Source: the human T2T-CHM13v2.0 reference genome, Homo sapiens
Direction: 5' to 3' (one strand)
Length of the DNA: 64,000 nucleotides
Assembly: GCF_009914755.1 (NCBI RefSeq)
Contig: NC_060936.1
A model generated the notes under the pieces. The model saw nothing but the letters and a program-made list of their open reading frames with translations. It made no database searches and was not told where the DNA came from. Shown here piece after piece: positions 25,097 through 56,096 of this stretch (its first letter is position 1; each line of letters starts with the position of its first letter). A program made the translations under genes and the position numbers.

Positions 25097-25607
25097 AAGA
25101 TTAAAAAAGAAGAAAGAAAATGTAGCAGTCATTCCTTTTTAGCCAAGAGAGGGATGTTTGATATTTTGTGTTTGATATTTTGTGGGTGGCACAGTGAACA
25201 TATTTGTTTGTTCGTTTTGTGTATTTAGAAAAAATTATGAAGAGGCTTTGCTTTCTCTTATTTTATCATAGTCTTAGAGTAACTTTTTCTGAGGTTGGGA
25301 GACTGTTACGTCCAATAGGAAAATAATTTGTCTTAGCTGTGAGTATCAAGCCAGCTTTCAACTGTCAGGGGCTGCTTTCTTTTCATCTTTCTCAGGGGAT
25401 AGTAGAGGAGATAGAGAAACGTAAATTCAAGAGACAGTTAGAAAACAAAATTTATACAACTAGCCATGGGGGCAGAGGTTGAGGTCAGGGGTAATTTCTA
25501 AGTTTCTGGCTTGCAAACAGAAAGGATGGCAGTGCCATTCAGGGAGACAGCATCAACTTTCTATTATTGTCTAATTTAATACTTACCAAAAATAATAATA
25601 ATAATAA

Positions 25608-26333
<726 letters not shown>

Positions 26334-26379
26334 AGTCATACTGACTTAAAAAATGTATATAATTCTACTATCTAATTCA

Positions 26380-29623
<3,244 letters not shown>

Positions 29624-29635
<12 letters not shown>

Positions 29636-29686
29636 TACTGATTTTTTATTTTAACTTCATATAAATCACTTTTATATTATTTTATT
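29624..29686 (-). terminator. AICDA polyadenylation signal cluster (AATAAA at 29681-29686, 29645-29650, 29624-29629)
   Basis: Three TTTATT hexamers on the plus strand at the end of the AT-rich 3'UTR. Confidence 0.75.
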
Positions 29687-29804
29687 TGGTATTTTATCTT
29701 CACAGCTTCCAAAATTATTTATCATTTATTTAACTGATTGAAAGTGAGCCAGAAGCAAATTTGCTGTCATAAAAGTTTACTAAAAATCAAGAGAAATGGC
29801 TTCG

Positions 29805-29812
29805 TAGCACCA
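29805..29812 (-). promoter_or_regulatory. miR-29 8mer site (TGGTGCTA) in AICDA 3'UTR
   Basis: Plus strand TAGCACCA. Confidence 0.7.
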
Positions 29813-30158
29813 TTACTGCAATGTTACAATTACATACGTTGTTATTAGAATCATTTCTAAAGTTATAAATTTATGAAGCTTTGAGACTCCATTTCAATAT
29901 ATCAGAAAAGGAAATCATGTTAATAAAAAATCATTAGACGCAAAATAATATAAAATATAAATGAATACATGAAGTAACAATTTTTAACTCTTTTACAAAC
30001 TTATGTACAATAAGATTAAAATAAGACAGTTGTGCATTCAAGTTTTCCTGTGGATCTGCTCATCTTCATTGCAAGGGTTGCTAGGTAATAACGGCACAGG
30101 GATATGGTTATTCTGAATATTTTTCTCACTGTCAAAGACAGTTGTTAGGGACAAATAG

Positions 30159-30732
<574 letters not shown>

Positions 30733-30882
30733 TTTATCATTCTGTTTTGTCACAACTCTCTTATATAGTTAATATACCTTTGGGAGAAGCATCACACACA
30801 TACAAAATGTAGCAAACCTTGACCTGATTGGCATTTCTGAGATGAAGAGACCCACGAGAGCCAATAGATTTTCCTCTCCCCA

Positions 30883-30889
30883 ACATTCA
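30883..30889 (-). promoter_or_regulatory. miR-181 7mer-m8 site (TGAATGT) in AICDA 3'UTR
   Basis: Plus strand ACATTCA. Confidence 0.55.
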
Positions 30890-31184
30890 AGCAACTTCCT
30901 TCCAATTGTTTGCTAATTATGATATGTGAAGTTTGTGGGTGTTTCTAAATTAGGGACTTCCTTAAAAGAGTTTGCGTTTCCAGAAGATTTGCTACTTCAG
31001 ACATCAACCCATTATTAGGGTGTCTTGTTCACAGTCCTCCTGCCCATTTTAAGATCCTTTATTAAAGTAGCTTGAAGGTGACCATGCATGGTCTATACCT
31101 CCATCCCCACCCATAACAATCTTCTTTTGTACAAACATAAAAACATGCTTCTGCTGATTAAAACATACAGCGCATGATTGGATA

Positions 31185-31192
31185 TTAATGCT
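31185..31192 (-). promoter_or_regulatory. miR-155 8mer site (AGCATTAA) in AICDA 3'UTR
   Basis: Plus strand TTAATGCT; miR-155 repression of AID is established. Confidence 0.85.
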
Positions 31193-31737
31193 TTGGAGAG
31201 ATGGTTTGGGGTCACAATCACCCAGATACTCTCATTAGGAGGTCCTATAGATCATGGCCTGATGGAAGAGTTTGTGTTACTTGAAAGTAAACGTCAAGGG
31301 AAAAGAATAGAAAAATCTATCACTAACACCACTGTTAACTCAAATGAATCAAATAATAAAGGATGTTGATATAAAAACATTTGATCCTCTCACCATGCTT
31401 TTTAGGATCTACCTTCTGCTCTCATCCTACCTAAAAGTCATAGAAAAACGTTGACACTTTAGGATGCTCCCAGGTCCTGCAGTTCTGTTATTCCCAGTAG
31501 GGGACAATGTTGCATTCAAAACTGCACCAATTGCAGCACGTCCCTGGCCAGACCTGTGTTCCTTCTCTATTTTCAAGACATAGATCTTTTTAAAGAGTCG
31601 TATATAAATATTTTTTCTGTAAACTCTAAGAAAGTGAGAGTTGAAGAATAAAAACAGAGAAGACTTGAAGGACTGTTTTTTATCCACTGTCTTCAGCAGA
31701 GATATTTCATCGTGTGTGACATTCCTGGAAGTTGCTA

Positions 31738-31791
31738 TCAAAGTCCCAAAGTACGAAATGCGTCTCGTAAGTCATCAACCTCATACAGGGG
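31738..31791 (-). CDS. AICDA: AICDA exon 5 coding part (54 nt; C-terminal NES, TGA)
   Basis: Acceptor TACAG|CCCCTG; PLYEVDDLRDAFRTLGL*. Confidence 0.97.
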   Translation of the reverse strand, partial: PLYEVDDLRDAFRTLGL

Positions 31792-31946
31792 CTGTAGAGA
31801 AAGAGAGAAGCAAATTGAGTGAATGGCTTCAAAACGAGGTTGGGGGTCGGTGGGGCCGGAGAGTCTTCTAAACTGAGTGGATGGCTTTGTAACATGTTGG
31901 AAGAAAGTAAATTGGGAAAGAGTTTTTTTGGGTTTTTTGTTTGTTT

Positions 31947-31980
<34 letters not shown>

Positions 31981-32239
31981 GAAAAGAATTCTGACCAGGA
32001 AGGAAACGCAACCCTGGGGAGAGACAGAAATTTAAAGATGTGAAACAACAAAAGAAAGAAAAGGGAGGGAAAAGGAACCTTAGCAGAGGGCTCTGAATGG
32101 TGAAACAGCAGAAGAAAAAGCTGATGTGGAGGAGAAATAAAGTTTTCATCAGATGAAAACTGAGAGTGATTGAACAATAAGAAAATATAAGAAATATACG
32201 AAACTCCAAAAAAGACTGTAGAGAAAGAAAGAAAATTTA

Positions 32240-32476
<237 letters not shown>

Positions 32477-32535
32477 TCATTTCCTCGGGGCCTTGTCTCT
32501 GAGCCATTCACTCTTTTCTCTGCTTCTAATCTTTA

Positions 32536-32970
<435 letters not shown>

Positions 32971-34265
32971 TCACTGACTTTTATTGCGGCTCTGGTAGCC
33001 TTAGTCATTGTCTCCTGCAATGATCTTTGGGGATGCTTGCAGCTATTGTCCTTGTGTTACAGAGAGGCTAAGCAACTTGCTCAAAAGAGCACACCAGTAG
33101 GTAGAGCTGAACCCTTGGCAGCACTAGTCCTGCAGAGTGAAGGAAGGCTATGGGTTTTTGTGGAATGAGGAAGACGAAGTGCGCTGAGTTGGGAGGAAGC
33201 AGCATCACACTACCTCACCGAAGATTTAATTTGTGTTTATGAAGTTGCTTTTTGCACCTTTTGAGAAGGAAAATGGCTAGAAGTGCCTGTTGATGTAACA
33301 TTGTGGAAATATACCTGGACCACTAGGTGGAGGCAGGACAGTTTATGAGGACCATTTGGGAGGATCTGAAAAGGGGAAATAGATTTTGGTAAAGCAGACA
33401 GGTGGGTATTGTAAGAGAAGTAATAGGCACTGCCATGAGAAGTAAATGAAAGTGCTTGATAAAATCAAAGCCTTCTGAAATAGAATGTGTCATGTCACCG
33501 AATAGGAAGGAGATTGCGATGTATTCAATACAAATGTAGGCAAAGAAAATTGCATGGTAATATAACCATCAAACAACGAGCCAGACGATGACCTTCCACC
33601 CCACGGATGCTTCCCTGAGATTCCACCAAGCCCAGACGTCACAGCGTGTTAGGAGAGAGGAGATACCCATGGGCAGAAGTTTATGTAAACCCATCTGGAT
33701 TTTGGTGAAGAAGTCTCTTGGAAATGTAATTCTCTCGGGTAGCCGAAAGATCAATTTAATTAATCATCAGCCGAGGCTTCTCTGAGTTTTCTGGGGATCA
33801 CCATGTTGAATGTATTCACTGGCCTACGACCCATGTGAGTAGGAGGGAAAAGAAATCATTTGGAAAACAGAATTGAACCACCGTTAATTTTTTCCCAAAT
33901 TCTTCTTCCTTAATTTTCAAAAATGCTTAAGACACAATTTGTTTTTCACATTTAAAATTTTTGCTTGGACAAGCTGATAATATTCTCCCATATAAAAATG
34001 CTTTTAGCTTAATTAATCTCAAAGGCAATTCAGATGCTGAGGAAAGCTGGTAAACAGTTTGGGAGCAGTTGTTCTTGGCACTGAAGGAAGGAGTGGTATT
34101 AGGGTGCCCAGCATTACTGGGGAGGAATTAAATCACATATTTTGGGCCATGTCTAATATGGGTGCATGGACATGGAAAAAGAAATAAAAAAAAGGATTTG
34201 AGGAATGTGATAGAGACACAAATGCCAAAAAAGGATGGAAGTAATACCATCAGCAGGTGGCTCTA

Positions 34266-34535
<270 letters not shown>

Positions 34536-35359
34536 TCAGCTTTTTAAGGAAGTCATTACTTGGGCTAAACCAAAGAAGATGCTCTGACTTCCTCTGCTGG
34601 CTGCCTGAGCCCTCCTGAGCCCTGCTGAGCCTGGAATCCATCATAAACTCCTTTTCCTGCTTATATTTAAGGCCAATTGAGAGATACTCATCAAGGACCC
34701 CAAACCCTTACCCACAAGACAGTCACCTCCTGCCACTGTCTTCTAGATGCTGATGACTTGGGATTACAATTAAATTTGTTCTTCAACAAGAAAATGAAAC
34801 AAAAAATAAAATAAACTTGTTCCTCAGTCCCATAATTGTATATTCAGATTTCCCCTCCAGTCTTTACGTAAGTGTCCAACTTGTACCTCAAACTCAAAAT
34901 GATCAAAACAATATTCCTCAACTGCCCCCTGTCCTAAACTGCCACTCCTCCCGACTTTGCCACCTCAGGTAAGCAGCCTAGCAGCCTGGAACCATCCTTG
35001 ACTCATTTCTTATTCCTCAGTCCTCATATTTAATTAATCATCTAAATGTGTTGATTCAAACCCCCCAATATTTCTTGAATTTGTACCTTCCCTGTTTGCT
35101 CTTCTCTGCTTCGGTCCAAGCCCTCATCTTCTTCCTCCTTATCTGTTGTGCTGGACTTTTAACCGGTCTGTCTGCCTCCAGTCCCTCCAAAATAACATTC
35201 CCCACACTGTCACCACCATGATCTCACAAAAACCCAGGTGCACCATGCCATTCCCATGCTGAAGACCCCCTGATGGTTCTCTTCTGCCTGCAGAATAAAC
35301 TCCAAACTCTTTAATGTGGTGTTTAGGCCACTTTTTACAGTTGGATCTTGATCTAAATT

Positions 35360-38100
35360 TCTTTTTTTAATTTTTTTTTTTTTTGTTACGGTCTCACTTT
35401 GTCGCCCAGGCTGAAGTATACTGGCATGATCTTGGCTTACTGTAGCCTCAACCTCCCAGGCTCAGGCAAATCTGCCAGGCTCAGCGGATCCTCCTGCCTC
35501 AGCCTCCTGAGTAGCTGGGATTACAGGCGCCCACCATCATGCCCAGGTAATGTTTGTATTTTTAATAGAGACGGGGTTTCACCATCTTGGCCAGGCTGGC
35601 CTTGGACTCCTGACCTCGGGTGTTCTGCCCGCCTTGGCTTCCCAAAGTGCTGGGATTACAGGCGTGAGCCACTGCACCGGCCTATTTTTTAATGTATAAG
35701 AGCAATACCTGGCTGGGCGCAGTGGCTCACACCTGTTTTTTAATGTATAAGAGCAATACTTGGCCGGGCGCAGTGGCCTACATCTGTAATCCCAGCACTT
35801 TGGGAGGCTGAGGCAGGTGGATCCTCTGAGGTCAGGAGTTTGAGACCAGCCTGGCCAACATGGTGAAACCCCATCTCTACTAAAAATACAAACATTAGCC
35901 GAGTGTGGTGGTGGGCGCCTGTAATCCCATCTACCCGGGAGGCTGAGGCGACAGCTTTGCTTGAACCCAGGAGGTGGAGGTTGCAGTGAGCTATGGTCAT
36001 GCCATTCCACTCCAGCATGGGCAACAAGACCAAAACTCCATCTCAAAAAAAAAAAAAAAAAAAAAAAAAGAAAGAGTAATACTTGATCATTGTCAAACTT
36101 GAATACTATGGAAAAATAGAAGAGCTCTAAATTTTAAAATATTAAAGATTTTTTAAATCTCAAATATCATAGTGTCTAATAATAATAATTAGACTTAGTG
36201 TCTAATGACAATGACTGTTAAGATTCTTGTGTTTATTCCTCTAGTCTTTCTACAGGCACATATTTACATGATTTGGATTATACTGATTGCATGTGTGATT
36301 TTGTACTCTGCTGCTTTTTTAACTAGTCAAAATGATCTAAATATCTTGCTATGTTGTTCCCACATAATGACTGATTTCTCCTCCTCTTTGTTTTCTGGCT
36401 CCTAGCACAGTGTCTTGCATATCATAAGCACTAATTTGAATAGCATTTGTGGAAATACTCTGGTAACCCAAGTTTCCTTAAAGAAATCAAGAGTCCCCAT
36501 TGCAGCTGCAGACAGCAACACAAGCTGTACAGCGTGGTTGATATGAAAGCACAAGTGATGCCTGGATTTTGTCCCTAGTCTTTTCCAGAAATGCATTTAT
36601 CCAATTTGTGGAGCTAGTGCTGTCACCTAATGGTACGGGGCAGAAGTGCAGAGAATTTGCGAAGTAAAGGGCTCAGGAATTTGAATAACGTTTGCTGGCA
36701 AGAGAATTGAAACTTTTCTTACACATTATTTTTTCTTACATTGAGGTATAATTTACATACAGTAAACTCCACCCATTTAAGATGCATAATTCTACGAATA
36801 TTTTTGGATGTAAACACCCCAAACTGCTACCACAGTCAGGATACAGAACCTGAATCACCACCCTCACCCCACCAGAGCTTCTTCCCTCTTTGCAGTCCTT
36901 CCCCTCCCCACAGGACAACCACTGATTTGCTTTCTTTTTTTCCCATTTTTGTGGAGAATGGAGTTTCACTGTGTTGCCCAGGCTTGTCTTGAACTCCTGA
37001 GTTCTAGCAATCTTCCCACGTGGCCTCTCAAAGTGCTGGGATTACAGGTGTGAGCCTCTATGCCTGCCCTGATTTGCTTTCTGTAACTATAAGTTACTTT
37101 CATTTTCTAGAATTTCGTATGGCATACATTATCTCCTCCTTCATGTCTGACTCTTTCATTTAGCGTCATGACTTTGGGATTCATCCCCAAGTAGCTTCTT
37201 CCTTTGTACTGCAGGGTGGTATTCCATTGCATGGATATAGCACATTTTGTTTATTTGTTCACTTGTTGATGGATATTTGGATAGTCTCTACTTTGGGGTT
37301 TTGTGAATAAAGGTACTATGAACATTCACGTACCAGTCTTTGTGTGGATATACATTGAGAATTGATATTTCAATAATGTAGTGCAGGTGACAGACCCTGA
37401 CTTTAAAAGTTAAATACCAAAATATCAGCCTAACTAAGTAGCTCATCTAGGACAACAGCTCTTTGTAGTTGTTTCCATTTATTTTTAATTTTTCTTCTTA
37501 TTTTTTTGAGGCAAGGTCTGGTCCTGTCACCCAGGCTGGAGTGCAGTGGCGCAAGCACTGCTCAGTGCAGCCTTGACCTCCTGGGCTCCAAAGATTCTCC
37601 TGCCTCAGCCCCCTAGTAGCTGGGACCACAGGCACATGCCACCATGCCCGGCTAATTTTTGTTATAGAAACAGGGTTTTGCCATGTTGCTCAGGCTGGTC
37701 TTGAACTCCAGGGCTCAAGCGATCCACCCACCTCAGCCTCCCAGAGTGCTGGGATTACAGGCGTGAGCCACCACACCTGGCTGTCTGTTTCACTTTAAAT
37801 GTCTCCCCTCACGTACATGAAGCTTACTGGAAAGCACTTTAAACTTTAGGCAGCAAACTAGATTTATTACCAGTATACACATTACATAAGGTAAAAATTA
37901 GCCATATTATTTTAAAATTTAAAATGCATATTTTAATCTAAATGGATCCTAGGCCAGATGCAGTGGCTCATGACTGTATCCCAACACTTTGGGAGGCCAA
38001 GGCAGGAGGATTGCTTGAGCCCAGGAGTTCAAGACTGCAGAAAGCTATGATTGCACCACTGCACTCCAGCCTGGGTAACAGGGTGAGATTGTCTTTTAAA
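35360..38100. mobile_element. AICDA intron-1 repeats: Alu 35360-35682(-), Alu 35762-36070(+), L1M fragment ~36730-37360, AluJ 37490-37782(-), Alu monomer 37952-38100(+)
   Basis: Consensus similarity. Confidence 0.85.
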
Positions 38101-38444
38101 AAATCAAAAACATAAAAAACATAAAATGAATACTAAAAAAGATCCAATAATAATTAGCTTTATTTTAAAAGGATAATAATTTTTATGGTAATTACCATAG
38201 TACCAACCACCATTACTATTACTATATTAGCATATAATAACCCTTTGTATATATAAGCTCAACACATAATAGGTGCTTAATAAGTACAGAAGAAAAGAAA
38301 TTCTCTCTTTGAGGCCCAGTGTTAAACAGATTAAGCATCATCTCTTACCAATAAATCCCTCTTATATTAACTTACCCTCCTGGGCTGTGTAGATGAGAAA
38401 GGCAGAGGAATCTACATCTTTTTACATGCACCTTGGTTGGCGGG

Positions 38445-38446
38445 GT

Positions 38447-38500
<54 letters not shown>

Positions 38501-38512
38501 AGAGAGAGAGAG
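38445..38512. repeat. (GT)n(GA)n microsatellite in AICDA intron 1
   Basis: Read directly. Confidence 0.95.
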
Positions 38513-38815
38513 CCTTATCATAAGGAAGAAAAAGTGTCCTGGAAGTATAGATAAGAAGGATGTGGCATAGATAAAGGACTTTGGGTGGATTTTTGGGTCC
38601 TACTCTACATGAAAATACAATAAGCCTACACTGTTTCTGTCACATGTTACCAGTCAGAGTGAAATGAATTGCGTGATCCTGACCTGCTAGTTAACTTTGT
38701 TGATCCATTACTTCCCTTCTCTGGTTAGGGGCCTGTTTCCAGCTCCCTGTTCTCGTCATTTCTGTCCTGAGTAGGAAGGACTTTACCGAGGGAGTGTTTC
38801 AGGCTTGCAGGCTGA

Positions 38816-38834
38816 CAGCTGCTCTGGACAGCTG
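38816..38834. promoter_or_regulatory. Paired E-boxes (CAGCTG x2) in AICDA intron 1
   Basis: CAGCTG at 38816-38821 and 38829-38834 in non-repeat sequence ~1.5 kb into intron 1; E-protein sites in AICDA intron 1 are established. Confidence 0.7.
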
Positions 38835-40219
38835 TGCTCCCTGAGGCAGAACCCTAGCTGCATCCCCAGCCGTGCAAACCAGAAACAAGCGGGTTAAAAA
38901 TAATCCTGACCAAGTCATTTTGCCATCACTAATGAGCTCTACAGATACTGTCCTCCTTAATGATAATATATTTCCCTTCTGTCCTGTTGAATTTCATCTT
39001 TTCTCCTTTTCTGTCTTTCTCTGAATTTCAACTGCTGATTTTACCTTTGCTTTCCATTTTACTTTGAACAAGTATTTCCAATGGACCCTTCACAAGGACC
39101 TATAGCTCAGACTTGTTTTCAAAATCTCAGTGTAAACTGAGGAGACATTTGACATTGTCTGACCTCAAGAAAATTTTCTGAAGAACATTAAATCCTCCAT
39201 TAAAAATCTTTATTCTGTATATTGGATGTGATGGCTCATGTCTATAATTCCAGCACTTTAGGAGGCCCAGGCAGGAGGATCGCTTGGGCCAGGACTTAGA
39301 GACCAGCCTCGGCTGGGCTAAGACCCTGTCTCTACAAAAAAATATATTTTTAAAAAATCTTTATTCTGTAATGTAAGTTCTTTATAAAGGAGTTAAATTG
39401 AGGTAAAGTATAAGGATTAGGTGTTATTCTCATACATCCATAGTAATCATAAATGTAGGAATAGAATAAGTTCTATGACAATAACCTATCAAAAACTGCA
39501 CATAAAGACATTATGAGGACCTTAACCAAATTCACACCTAAGAGGTAAGTTAAGCTACGTCTGAACAAATGGAAAGATTAGTTAATAGTAAAAGTGCCAT
39601 TAACTGCCTAACAATTGGGCCTTTAACATTAAATAACTTGCTTGAATGAATTTGTCTCCTTATAATGGACACAATCATAGTGACTTTCAAGCAATTAATT
39701 TAGAATGCTTGGCATTTCTAAAATTACAAATTTTCTTACTATAGCTAAATTATTTCAGTAACGCCTCCCTAGGAAAGTGTGTCTTCAAGTTGTTTTACTG
39801 TTGAATATTTACAAAATTATTACGAAAATTAGCACTACCGTTTTTAGTACAGTACTGCTATTACCTTTTCATGATTTGAGTCTCTAAAGATTTGCTATGT
39901 TAATATTATTACCATAAATTAGTTTCAACCATGGTACAAATCTCAGGACGAATCAGTACATTGTACGCACTACTTCTTTTGCCACATGAAAAAGAGGGAA
40001 ATCAAGAGAAGTCTGAAACAGAAAGAATTGGGCTGACAGCGTATAAGATCTGAATAGAAGAAAAGGAGACAGATCAAAAAATATATATGCATATTGATCA
40101 AGCTGATCTTATCAGTCAGACAGTTACATGAGAGAAAGGGATAGCTACCAGTCTCATTACTCAGATTTGCTCTGAGAGGAAGGCCAGTGCAATCACCCAC
40201 GAGAAGACTGCCTCTTTAC

Positions 40220-40227
40220 CTGTCCAT
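40220..40227 (-). CDS. AICDA: AICDA exon 1 coding part (ATGGACAG)
   Basis: Minus strand reads CACCACT-ATG GAC AG|GTAAAG; the phase joins exon 2 (C CTC TTG ATG). Confidence 0.95.
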
Positions 40228-40337
40228 AGTGGTGTCCAGAGTGTCTTCTTGCCTCCCTGCAAGTCTCAGGCCAGAAAAATCTCACTTCAATTAATGATGG
40301 TTCTCTGTCTCAGTCTGACAGTGCATTGGCCCTTCAC

Positions 40338-40373
40338 ATTCAAATTTGAGCTTGCCCTTTTGGGCTCCTCCCC
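40338..40373 (-). promoter_or_regulatory. AICDA proximal promoter: HoxC4/Oct-type ATTTGAAT (40338-40345) and Sp/NF-kB-type GGGGAGGAGCC (40363-40373); TATA-less
   Basis: Both motifs are present on the minus strand just upstream of the TSS and match the described AICDA promoter elements. Confidence 0.8.
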
Positions 40374-41324
40374 TGACAGCATCACCCCCACCAGGTACCC
40401 CAACGGCCTTGCTCCTGATTTGGATCCAGTGAAGATGGGTGGGTGGGGCTGTCATAGGCAGAGTCACACAGGTTAAACCATTGAGGGCAGCTCTGCTTTA
40501 ATGTTTAGGTTCCTTTGGGGCTGCTGCTCTAAAAGCCCAGTCCATGCTCCATAGCTAGCAAAGATCAGGAGGCAGTAACAGTAGACACTTCAATTATAAT
40601 CATGATAACACAAAATAAAAGCACAATGAGAATAGTAATATTTATGTAAATACCTTAAAGAGCATTTAAATAGCTTCTTGGGTTATTGTGTTGAAGAGCC
40701 TCAGATAGCCTCTAATTCCCCCATATTCCCACAGTCTCTCTGAACCTCAGTACAGACAGGCACTAGCAGCTCCTGCTTTGCAGTTAAGCAAATGAACTCA
40801 GTTATATAGAATTTAGAACACAAAAATTTTGCCTCCCAAACCATGGATTTTTTTCTTTCTGATTGCATTACAAGAATTGCTTGAAGACTAGATATTTACA
40901 CCAAAGAGTGATTTTTGCATGAGCCATCTTTTTTAGAAAAAAAAAAAATCCTTAATTTGGAGTCAGAAGCAGCAGCAGTCCCCCAAAATACAAAAATGCT
41001 TGTTTCACCAGACAGAATCAGTGTCTAACTGGCTGCACTGAATTTGGAAAACAGGCTAAGATCTTCAAATAAAAGACTTTAATTTTGTGCTCTCATAGAA
41101 CTTGGTCTATTAAAGATTTTATTTCTCTCTCCTACTGTAGCCCATATGCATTCTATTTATTCACTGAGTAGATACTTCATGCCTACTGTTAATGGAAACT
41201 ATGCCAGGTGCTAGGGATGCAATGCTAAGCAATGCAGCTAGGGTCTCTTCTCTCTTCCTGCCTCAAGCCTTTGATACCATCTATACCTTGATGATTTTCA
41301 AATCAATAGCCCTAGCTTGGACCA

Positions 41325-41678
41325 TGTATTCGTCTGTTCTCACACTGCTAATAAAGACATGCCTGAGACTGGGTAATTTATAAAGGAAAGAGGTTTAGTT
41401 GACTCACAGTTCCACATGGCTGGGGAGGCCTCACAATCATGGCAGAAGAGCAAGGGACATCTTACATGGTGGTAGGCAAGAGAGAGCTCACGCAGGGGGA
41501 AATCCCTTTATAAAACCATCAGATCTTGTGAGACTTATTCACTATCATGAGAACAGCATGGGAAAGACCCACCCCCATTGTTCAACTACCTCCCACTGGG
41601 TCCCTCCCATGACATGTGGGAATTGTGGGAACTACAATTCAAGATGAGATTTGGGTGGGGACACAGGCAAATCTATCA
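41325..41678 (-). mobile_element. THE1 (MaLR) solo LTR ~1 kb upstream of the AICDA TSS, inserted into an L2 remnant
   Basis: TGTATT...CTATCA ends; 5-bp TSD GACCA (41320-41324 / 41679-41683). Confidence 0.85.
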
Positions 41679-42599
41679 GACCACTTCTTGAAACTCAAGA
41701 CAAGTGTATCCAGCTTCCCTCTCAGAATCTCCATTTGGATGTCTGAGCACCTCCAGCCTGTCTAAAACAGAACCCCTGTTCTCTGCCTTACCTACTCTTC
41801 TTGCCGTCTTTCCCATCTCAATAAACAGCAGTATTCTTCCAATTGCTTGGCAAAACCTGGGCAGAGTGTCTCTCAGCTCCTCTCTTTCTTTTAAATTCCA
41901 TGCACACTCCATTAGCAAATCCTGTTATCTCTGCTTCCAGAATATAGCCACAAACTGACCACTTCTCACTACCTCCAGGTCCAAGCAACCTGGATTATTG
42001 CATTTTGCTTCCCAACTGGCCTTCCTGCCTCCCCCTTCTTCGATTACAGTCTGTTCTCCACATGGCAACTAGAGTATTCCTTCTGGAATATTTAAGGTCA
42101 TGTCACTCCCCTGTCATAACCCTCCATGGCTTCCCATTCTCTCAGTATAGGCCAGCAGCCTGAGATGGCCCACAAGCCCCTCTACCGTCTGCTCTGCTTC
42201 ACCCCTCTGGCTGCATCTCCTTCCACTCTCTCCCTTGCTCACGCAAAGAGCGCACACTCCTTCCTCTGCCCTTGAGGTCCCTCTGCTGAAATGTTATTTT
42301 TTGTGTATGGTTGTGGCTTACACCATCATATATTTTATGTCCTTATTCAAATACTGTCCGGTATTTGAGATTTGTCCTAGTCACCATATCTAAAATGTCA
42401 ACAAAATCTCACCATTCTGACACTCCCTTGCCTCCATCCCCTAAATTATTTTTCTCTTTAGCACTTATCACTTAAAATACACTCCTAAGTAAACTAAAGA
42501 CAAGTAAAATAATCTGTTTAAATTATTTTTTAATTAGCCATGAGATTCAAAATAATAATTATAATTATTTCTAATAATTATGTAATAATAATAATTATT

Positions 42600-51500
<8,901 letters not shown>

Positions 51501-51781
51501 GACAACATGCTTAAATGACTGATGATATTAAAATAAATAGCTATAAAAGACAAATCTAAAAATTACTGAATCATGACATCTCAAAGTTGAAGGAACTTTA
51601 GGTTTCTCTAGCCCTATGCTTTTCAAAATGGGACATGCATATCTGGAGATATGCTTATTTTTTGACGGAGCAGCAATCAATCAAGGATAAGTCGAAGCCA
51701 CAGGATGGATATGCCGTGCTTTCCTGGAACCTAAAGGTTTCCCAAAAATTAGAGGAAAACATTTTTATTTAAAAAATTATT

Positions 51782-56096
<4,315 letters not shown>

